A stretch of DNA of 64,000 nucleotides from the human T2T-CHM13v2.0 reference genome, Homo sapiens: the NCBI RefSeq assembly GCF_009914755.1, contig NC_060938.1. One strand, given 5' to 3'. Made by a program: the position numbers and the translations under genes. This document shows positions 54,542 through 64,000 of the stretch, piece after piece. The number at the start of each line of letters is the position of its first letter. The stretch's first letter is position 1. A model generated the notes under the pieces. That model saw only the letters and a list, made by a program, of their open reading frames with translations, searched no databases and was not told where the DNA came from.

Positions 54542-56555
54542 GTATACAAATGAATTTATTCGTAGGAATTTCAGGAAAAAAAAAGAATATAATTTTTTTC
54601 TGGGTTAAAATACAGTATTAAATTGTTAAACAGTTCTCAAAAACTCAGAAACAAAAGCAGGAACAGGAGCAAGAGGAGGAGAAGGAGACAGAGAAGGAGA
54701 ATTAGAAGAAGAAGAAAAGTTCTTCCATCAGTTTATCCATATCCGTATCTTCTTTGCAAATCCAGACTAACATAATTTCTCTCTCTTGTTTAAAAATAGG
54801 CATCATAGCTTCATAACCAATTTTTAAATGAACTTATTTTTGCGTTATTTCTTTACCTCTACCAGTTGTTTCTACATTGAGTTAACCAGACATGGTGAGA
54901 TCACGAAGCTTAAAGACTTGTGTTTTAGAACAAAGTTCCCAGGGGTAATGTAATATGCTGATTTGAAAACAGAAAGGACTTATTCTGGAAACCTGATAAT
55001 ATTTCCCAGAGTACTATTACATTATGTATATACTAGGATTATGAAAGTCCTACTCACGACTTTACTTTATTATAGGAGAGTGGCTTGTAAAATAGAATAA
55101 CAATAATCACTAGCAAAATTATAACTCCTTATCACTTATTGTATATCAACATCCTTTGAAAATAAAATTTTGTTTTCCACATTTTTATTAATGTAGACAT
55201 TTACTATATTTCTCATGAGTAATCCAACAAGGAAAGTTAACAGATACTCAATGACTAATATTTGAACAATTTAAGACAACTATTGACTTCTGTTTCAAGA
55301 TCTTTATATGGAATATGTGACTAACCTAAGGTCATGCCAGAAACCAATTTAAAAAATTAGCAAGCAAATGTCTAATGCTGTGTTTGATCCAATATATTAG
55401 CTATCTTAATTGAATTTTAAAGGTTACCAATAGGCAGGAATCACTTTTAAATAAATACTATCCACCCTCTAAAATAGAAACAAAAATAAATAAATAAAAT
55501 AGAAACAAACCAATTTCTTAGAGGTGAAAAGATTCAAATCACATCCATAGCATTGACCTAGGTTCAGATGATTCTGTCTTAGGACAAGGACTTTGAAGTG
55601 AAAACCTGACAAGTCATTATATTACCGATTTAGAAAATAATTTCACCTGCTATTGAAACAATGCCAACCTGTCATCTTACAATACCTTTCTTTTATTCCA
55701 TCAGATCATTCAGCACAACAACTGCTTCCTCTGAGTCTTCCAGACTTTGGGGGCAAGAGTTAAGGGAAGGCTATTTTTTTTATGTTAGAAATCCTTTATA
55801 CCTCTTTTGAAAAATAAGATAGGAAATATACAGTTTATAAGCTGGAATGTACCCAGGGCAATTCTCAGTCGTCTTTAGTTGTAAGAGTGGAGAGTCTTCC
55901 AAATTCTGAGAAATAGAATACTGGTTTTGTCAAATCAAATATGATTTTTTTGGCAGAATGTGGTTGTGATTCCATTTCTTCCTTAGAAACACCATCTTAC
56001 TTTTCATGAAAATAATATTCATTGTTATATCACAGTTTGCAATTAATTCTATACATGCCTAGCTTCCCAACTAGATCCCAATATTCTAATATTATTGAAC
56101 CTCCCCTAAGCTGCAGCGTTTTGTATTCAGTAGGGGCTCATTTTTTTTAAATGAATGTTTAGATTGCATTCTTTTTTATTAAAAAAGACACTGCTTTTCT
56201 TGCTATCTGTTTACTGATATTTTTGAAAGCAACTGAGATATTCAAGCTGATCTGTCATGCAAATACACTATATACGTAATACATTCTCTGATAATTTTTC
56301 TGCCACTTCCTCACAAGTAAATTTTGCATGAACCTTGAGTGAGAAGACTGGGAAAGCATATGTGCTACTAATCATGCACATGAGCTTTCCCATTCAATAT
56401 TAGAAAAAATATTCAGAGCCAGGATTTCTGTCACGTTTTTTTTTATGATGCATGAGCATTCAATATTGTAGGTGAGAGTGTGGACGTGGACATGTCTGTT
56501 TGTATGTGGCTTACTTCCTGCTGGATTGTGAGTTCTTTGAATGCAGAGGCCACGC

Positions 56556-56920
56556 TGTGTAAGTCAGGGCTCTCCAGAGAAATAGCCAATAGCAGAGAGA
56601 AAGAAAGATGGATTGATATTAAGGAATTGGCTCATGGGGTTAAGAAGAACTAGCAAACGCAAAATCTGTAGAACAGGCCAGCAGCCTGGAGACCTGGGGA
56701 AGGGTGAATATTGCAGCTCATGTCCAAATGAGGTCTGGAGAGCAGAATTCCTTCTTCCTCAGGGGACCTCAGTCTTTTCCTCTTAAGGCCTTCAACTGAA
56801 TAGATGAGACCCATCCATATTGTGAATGGTAATCTGCTTAACTCAGTCTATTGATTTAAGTGTTAATCTCATCTGAAAAATACCTTTATAGAGATATCTA
56901 GACAGGTATTTGACCAAAGC
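56556..56920 (-). mobile_element. MLT2D-type ERVL LTR
   Basis: tgtgtaagtcagggctctccagagaaa...aaggaattggctca...gcagaattccttcttcctcaggggacctcagtcttt...taaggccttcaactga...gttaatctcatct.aaaaatacctt. Confidence 0.85.
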
Positions 56921-57551
56921 TTTGCAAGCTTTCACTGGGTCTGTTGCAATGACTCACCTCAATGCATACATTCTAAGTCAAATACCTGTATTTAAATGTT
57001 TTTAAATGAATAGAAAGAAAGAAATATGCAGAAAGCAGTCTTATTATTTTCAGCTAAATGTGAATAAGTAATAAGTAAGATTAACTCCTATTTGAAGACA
57101 TTATTACTGGTTATAAATTAATGATATGTATTATTAATAGTAATACTATGTAATATGACTTGATTGGTTTTAAGATGGGCTCATGTTGGTCTTCTATAAT
57201 AAAAATGCTACATTATAGTGGTTCCATATAATGCAAAACCTGCATTAGATGGACTCGGTTTATCCGTTAGTCAGGAAAATTAATTATTATCCCTCTAGTG
57301 TCTCAGGAACTATGTATATATATGAAAAGTAGTCAAGATTTTCTAGTGGTCAAAAATGACATATTGAGAGTTCAGAGATTTCTGACTAAAGTCAACATAA
57401 GGATAACAAAGACATGATTTTAGAGGTATTCTGAAACTTCTTAAACATGCTTTTGATTAAAAAAAATAAAAGTCTAGTACCATCTCAAATATTGTGAGTA
57501 GATCCTTGCAGAGTAACATAGTTGAAGCATCAACAGGCAAGATATGGTTAG

Positions 57552-57923
<372 letters not shown>

Positions 57924-59034
57924 TGAAAACACATTTACACAATCAGATAATACAAATAATTAAAAATACTACATGTTGTCCTACATGTTGTCAAAATTGA
58001 TATAAAGGTGACTCCTGTAGGAGCTGGAGAAAATCCTGCATGCTCATTTGCAGGGAAAAAAAAGGTAATCCTGTTTTATGAACCTCTGTTCAGTGAGATT
58101 AAAGCTGTGTAAACATACTCTAAGCATTTCCTTTCAACGTTAGGTAGCATGATATACTTAGCCAGCTCTCTAGGAATACATGGAAACAAGACAGATGGCA
58201 TGAGGTATTCCATTCTTCCCTCTTATTAAAATAAAATAGGTTAGAAAAATAAGCTATATTTATTTTTTCTCATGGGTACTATCTGCCTATCAGAACTTAT
58301 GCTACCAAATTCTCTATCCAACAGTGACTTTCTTACAAAACTAAGGCATAACTCAGTAGTTCTACAGCTATTAATTTGTTGGATTTAACTCTATTCCAAC
58401 CTAAGGATGAAGTTATGTCTGTCCTGTATAGGGGGAGACTGAATGAGCAACTCGGGGCATCTGGATTGAAAATTCCTCACCAAACATGTGAAATGGTGTT
58501 TTGTTCCACATTAGAAGAAATTTCCTTTAGTTTACAGTGCAAGATGCACCAATGGAATAAGATAATATTGAATATTAGGAATTAAAAAAAAAAGCAAGAC
58601 TAGGACAGCCAGTAAAAATATTACATTGGGATCACTTTACCGTCTTACATAGCATAGAAAGCTAGTGTAACTTTACATGAAGGTGCATATAGATACCTGG
58701 AGTAGAGTGTGCGTAAGGGTCAGTGACCAGCAAAACTCAGCTTTCAAGGTTCAAAAATTTAGAGGTAGATGTGAGTAGGAAAATCAGTTGCAAGCTAATG
58801 GCATGGTTACGACATGGCCATTTAACTGTTCAAAAAATGTTGGTAGTTGTCATTCTGTGCTTGTTGGTGCACTGAGTTGAGATATAAATAACATGCATTT
58901 CCTACCATCAAGGAGTCTGCAGCCTAGGTGGGACAAGTCAACTAACGGTTATTCATCATGGCAGGACTAGGAGAGGGTGCTAAAGGAAACTGTAATGCCC
59001 CAGCCTAGCCTGACAATGCTATTCAGGAGTGAGT

Positions 59035-59830
59035 AAAAGCTCTGGTTACCTGGATGAAGATGCTGAGTGGTCAGGGTGCAAAATGTTTATTAGGAATTGG
59101 CATCTGTGAAAAGAATGGAGAGTATATTTGTCTGTTTGGGCTCCCATAACAAAATACCAGAGACTGGGCAGCTTACACAACAGAAAACTATTTTGTCACA
59201 GTTCTAATGGCTAGAAGTTCAAGATTGAGGTGCCATTTCTAGTGAGACCTTTTTTTAATAGACTGTAGTGGGCTACTTCTTGCTGTAATGCTTATATGGT
59301 CTTTCATTTCTGCATGCATGAAGAAAGAAAGATCTCTGATGCCTCTTCCTCATCTCATAATGGCACCAGTTCTATCAGATTAAAGTTTCACCTTCATGAT
59401 CTCATTTAACCTGGATTACCTCTCAAAAGACCCCTTCTCCAAATACAGTCACATTGGGGCCTAGGGCTTCAACATATCCATTTGAAGGAGAAAAAGTTCA
59501 TTCCATAACAGGAAGAAAACATGAAAGAACAGAAAGATTGAAATATCATGTAGATTTCAGAAAGCCACGGGGCAAGGAGCTCTGGAGTGAGTATCCAACA
59601 GGTTGTCCCCCACTGAGCTCGAATGGCAGATTTCTGTACCCTCATTTATCTCTGTCTCATATTCAGGCAGACCTAGAATGGACATGACTTTGGACAAAGC
59701 AGCTCTCCATAGCTGAGTAGAACATGAAGTTGCTAACAATTGGAAGCCATCTGATGACCACATTCTCTACAGCTGGCTATCAAGTCCTTCCTTTAGATGA
59801 TCTGGGCAGCATATCTCTGTGCCCAACACA
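59035..59830 (-). mobile_element. LTR33/LTR16-group ERVL LTR, interrupted by MLT1A
   Basis: gatgctgag...gggtgcaaaatgtttattagg...ctgtgaaa; ggagctctggagtgag...ggacatgactttggacaaagcagctctc...gatctgggcagcatatctctgtgcccaacaca. Confidence 0.65.
59123..59510 (-). mobile_element. MLT1A-type MaLR solo LTR
   Basis: gggctcccataacaaaataccagagactgggcagctta.acaacagaaa...atctcatttaacct..attacctc...tctccaaatacagtcacattgggg..tagggcttcaacatat...ttcattccataaca. Confidence 0.9.
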
Positions 59831-61074
59831 GGGCACTCTCAACTACTTCATTAGATATTTAACTGAGTTAGAAAATGAAACATTTGATCTGAGACTTCAA
59901 AGGCAATTAGTGAATCAGGAGAGAAAGCATCAAGGTCTTCAGCCCACTGACTTGCTGCGTTCACTCTATCCAAATTTTTCCTGTTACCTTATTTTTTTTT
60001 CAAATCTAGCTCAGGCTCTGCAACTAATTATTATAATAACTTGCAAATACTTTAACTCAGTTTGTTTCCTAGCTTATACCCTAGACTCTGGAAAAACTGT
60101 TATATGCATTTTCTTTCAGCCTGAACTCAGCTGAATGCTATTAAAGAAAAATCCTGGGTGACTGGTGTCACTAGCTGCATTTGAACACATTGCAGCCTGT
60201 CAGTCTGACTGGACTCTTTCTCTGGTGATTATTCATATCTTCTCATTGATCTTCAAATTCCCCATCCTTCCTCCACTGCTTGAGCTCAGCTGATGAGCCT
60301 GTCTTGAGGAAACAGGCACCATTAAATGGGAGTTCTCTTAACTCCCCACTATAAAATCAACACCCATTTACTCTCTTGTGTTGAAATGAAAGAATTATCT
60401 TTCTTTCTAGGCCAGAAGAATCTGTTCATGTGTACCCTAAATAACATTCTCAAAAACTTTGTTCTGGCAAAATTCCTTTTCTATCTTGTGTCAATTATCT
60501 CTTCTTCACTCTTGGATCATTGTTATCAAACCACAAACGATGCAGAATCTTTTATTCTGAAATAGCACTCCCTTGACTCCACTTGCCTCTGCAGAAATTG
60601 TTTTTTTTCTCTACTTCCTTTTTAACCCAAATGTCTGAAATTAATACGTCATGCTCTACCTGTGCTTCCTCACCTCCCTTTTATACCCACTCCACTCCAG
60701 CCTGGAGTCTGCCCCTCACTGCACTGAAACTGATCTTGTTAAGGCCACCACTGAATTCAAGTTGTGAAATGGATATTTTCTGGTCTTTATCACTCTTAAT
60801 GTTTTAGATACATTCAAATTGGCCACTCCCTTCTTCCTAAACAACCTCTTGGTTTGACCTCTGTGATATCTTCTTCTGCAACTTCCTCTTGAGACTCTCA
60901 TCTGCTCATTTTTTTTCATAGTCTCACTTTGCCCCATTTTCCTCATCCTTAGCTTTCAGTTTTGGAGTTTCTCTTGTTTCAGGCCTGGATTCCCTTCCTT
61001 TATCTTTATACCTCCCTAGAACAACTCATCCATTCCCATAGCTTCAAATAATGTCTTCGTTTAATGATACTCTA

Positions 61075-61378
61075 TTTTTTTTTTTTATTTTGAGACAGGG
61101 TGTTGCTGTCACCTAGGTTGGAGTGTAGTGATGTGAACATAGCTCACTGCAGCATCAAACTCCTGGCCTCAAGAGATCCTCTCATCTTACCTTCATGACT
61201 AGCTAAGATGATAAGTGTGACCACCATGACCAGATATTATTTAATTCATTTTTATTTTGTAGAGACAGAGTCTCTCACCATGTTGCCCAAGCTGGTCTCA
61301 AACTCCTGGCCTCAAGCAGTCCTTCTGCCGTGGCTTCCAAAGTGCTGGGATTATAGGCGTAAGCCACCTCGTCTAGCC
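61075..61378 (-). mobile_element. AluJ-class SINE
   Basis: gagacagggtgttgctgtcacctagg...catagctcactgcagcatcaaactcctggcctcaagagatcctc; full dimer, strongly diverged. Confidence 0.93.
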
Positions 61379-61636
61379 ATGGTCCCATCATTTATAAACT
61401 CAGCCTAGACCTTTCCTCTGAGGTCAATTTTATATCACCGACTGCTTCCTTGATTCCTCTACTTGCATTTCTCAGTGACACCATAAATTTCACACATCCA
61501 GAACTGAACTCCCAAGCACAGCCCCTAAAACCTTTTCTTCTTGATGTCATCATCTCAATAACACCACTTTTATCTATCAAGGTATTGGTCACAGAAAGCT
61601 GGGATTTAACTTTGAGTTAAATGCAGGCTACTAGAA

Positions 61637-61637
<1 letters not shown>

Positions 61638-61696
<59 letters not shown>

Positions 61697-61727
61697 TACA
61701 CACACACACACACGTGTGTGTGTGTGC
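61638..61727. repeat. Compound (TA)21-(CA)n-(TG)n microsatellite
   Basis: 90 bp of uninterrupted purine/pyrimidine alternation. Confidence 0.97.
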
Positions 61728-62134
61728 CTGTATTTACATGTATGCATTTATTTTTGTTTGTGTTCTACATACTTTTCATAATGAGTATTTGCAAAATTCT
61801 GTACCATAATCTTCACATCCAACTCATCATCGGGGCATGCTAATGCTCTTTCTGAGATCTGACTAAATCCATCTACTGTTCTTTGTCACCACAGTTACAT
61901 TCTGAGTTTCATCCACCAACTGTGGCCACCTGAACCAATGTCAGTGCTCCCTAACTCATTTCCATTTCCAAATGTACGCCCTTGAACAATTCCCCGCCAG
62001 GGTAACCTTTTAAATAAGTAAATTACACCAAGTTAAATTATGGTACTTCCTTGCTTAAGGTTGCTAACTACTTATAATGATCATCAATGAGGGATTTTTA
62101 CAACTCAGTCTAAATGTCCCCTTATATCTTCTCT

Positions 62135-62477
62135 ACACTGAATTCAGCCCCCACCCAAATTTATATGTTGAAGCCATAACCCCCAGTGTGATGGGATTAG
62201 GAGATAGGACATTTGCAATTAATTAAGTTTAAATGAGATCCTGAGGGTAAGGCTAACATGATGGGATTAGTGCCTCTATAATAAGAGGTACCTGGGAGTT
62301 TTTTTTTTTTTTTTCTTTTTCTCCACAATGTAGTACACAGCAAGAAGGCAGCCATCTGCAAGCCAGAAAGGGAGTCCACATCAGGAACCTAACTGGCCTG
62401 CACCTTAACTTGAATTTCCCAGCCATGAGAACTGTGAGACATAATTGTATTTTGTTATGGCAATCTGAGCTAAGATA
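62135..62477 (+). mobile_element. MLT1A0-type MaLR LTR
   Basis: cccaaatttatatgttgaagcc.taacccccagtgtgatgg...catgatgggattagtgcc...cacagcaagaaggcagccatctgcaagccag...tttgttatggcaatctgagctaaga. Confidence 0.85.
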
Positions 62478-62618
62478 GTATATGTTATGTCTATCTATAT
62501 CTATATTATCTATCCATTTTTGTTAAAAATCAAACATACATATGTGATACATGTAATAAGCATCTATTTCCAGTAGTAGATTCTAACACTCTAAGTTTCA
62601 TGAGGATTGGAACTATAA

Positions 62619-62995
<377 letters not shown>

Positions 62996-63148
62996 TGAAT
63001 GATAGGCACTAAGTTGGTTTCAAAAGTTAATGACAGACACAGTCCTAGTTGTCATATTGATCATCATATTGTTAACAGCCCAGTCTTGAGAATGCACATC
63101 AAACAGATAAATGCATGATTATAATAAAAAATGTTAGGAAGAATAAAG

Positions 63149-63149
<1 letters not shown>

Positions 63150-63180
<31 letters not shown>
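63150..63180. repeat. (TG)15 microsatellite
   Basis: Perfect GT dinucleotide run. Confidence 0.97.
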
Positions 63181-63183
<3 letters not shown>

Positions 63184-64000
63184 CACATATGAGTATATCC
63201 ACACAAATATGACCAGGAGGAGAAGAGAGAGGAAAGAAGGGGAGAATTCCATAAAAAAAAAATAACTAGTAGAAAGTCCAGAATCTTAACCAGGAAAGAG
63301 ATAAATATAGATGAAAGGAACATAGTAAGTTCTACTTCAAATGTCACAAGGGCACATGACTTGAGTCAATTTTTCATGAGCTGGGATTCCTAAGAATCCT
63401 CTACCAAGAGTCTGCTAGTAAATTTATTATGACAAAGGGGGTTGATTTTACAAGTACAGGAGTTGAGGGCATTGATCAGGAATATCTATTGACCATTGAT
63501 AAATAAAAGATTCATGATATTCTGGGGTAACAGTTGATTTTACTTAATTGATATACTGTATAATTAATATTGTCTTACATCCAGGGTGAATTTTTGTTAC
63601 TAAAATATATTTCCTCTATCTATTAACAAAGTTATACAAATTATGGAAGCCTTGTTGCCCAGTATATGAATTAGTAAATACAGTGATTCAAGTGATTCAG
63701 AAGTACTTAAATACCACTGGCGCACTCAGGCTATAAACAAGGAAGAAAAAATGCTTATCAAAGACTCTAAGATGAAGAGATGATTTATATTTTTTCTTTC
63801 ATTTCCTTTAACCAAAAATGTTATAAATCAAATTAGACTGTGTAGCCATTTTACAGAGTCAGAACACAATACATGTGGTGAGGAGAAAATATTACTTCTT
63901 TTAAGTTAAAGCATCACTCTAAGACTTAGAATCTTCATTACAAAAGCCATATTAATTAGTATAACTACTAAGTTTCTAAAATTATTATTCGATTGGATCC

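Larger units (their letters stand above)
60200..62135 (+). mobile_element. L2 LINE (ORF2 3' region), interrupted by an Alu and a microsatellite
   Basis: cactccactccagcctgg...cactgaaactgatcttgttaaggccacca...ggccactcccttcttcctaaa...aactcatccattcccatagcttcaaata...cagcctagacctttcctctgag. Confidence 0.75.

Noticed and set aside
57969-57992. ctacatgttgtc twice as a p53 response element
   Set aside because: Half-sites fail RRRCWWGYYY at several flanking positions; better explained as a 12-bp slippage duplication
59724-60134. 136-aa ORF on + strand
   Set aside because: Starts inside an old LTR and has no recognisable homology or exon structure
63995-64000. Window ends on a BamHI site (ggatcc)
   Set aside because: The window length is fixed and no vector sequence is present; coincidence

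Overview
Primate (almost certainly catarrhine or human) AT-rich, CpG-poor intergenic or deep-intronic genomic DNA. I find no protein-coding gene, tRNA, rRNA or CRISPR array. The ORFs I could trace are Alu-, LINE-, LTR- or microsatellite-derived, and the rest look like short chance frames; the only recognisable protein remnant is a decayed L1 ORF1p at about 50.3 kb. Roughly half of the window is recognisable transposon fossil: 13 Alus (J, S and Y classes), several old L1s including a deeply nested L1 block at 40.1-52.6 kb, L2 and MIR fragments, about a dozen solo LTRs (MER39, MER4, MER31, MST, MLT1, MLT2, LTR16/33-like) and DNA transposons (two MER58A, MER1A, MER45, MER46C). Family names come from my recollection of consensus sequences, not from a search, so subfamily calls and the edges of old elements are approximate. 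I cannot support a genuinely new biological system here. The most interesting observations are structural: an L1MC-type insertion whose 5' end is fused directly to mid-ORF2, a back-to-back pair of MER4 solo LTRs inside a four-LTR cluster, an L1 5'UTR with a three-unit tandem array and no ORF2, an Alu sitting on an apparent target deletion, a few well-formed candidate non-coding exons, and two strong non-B DNA tracts.
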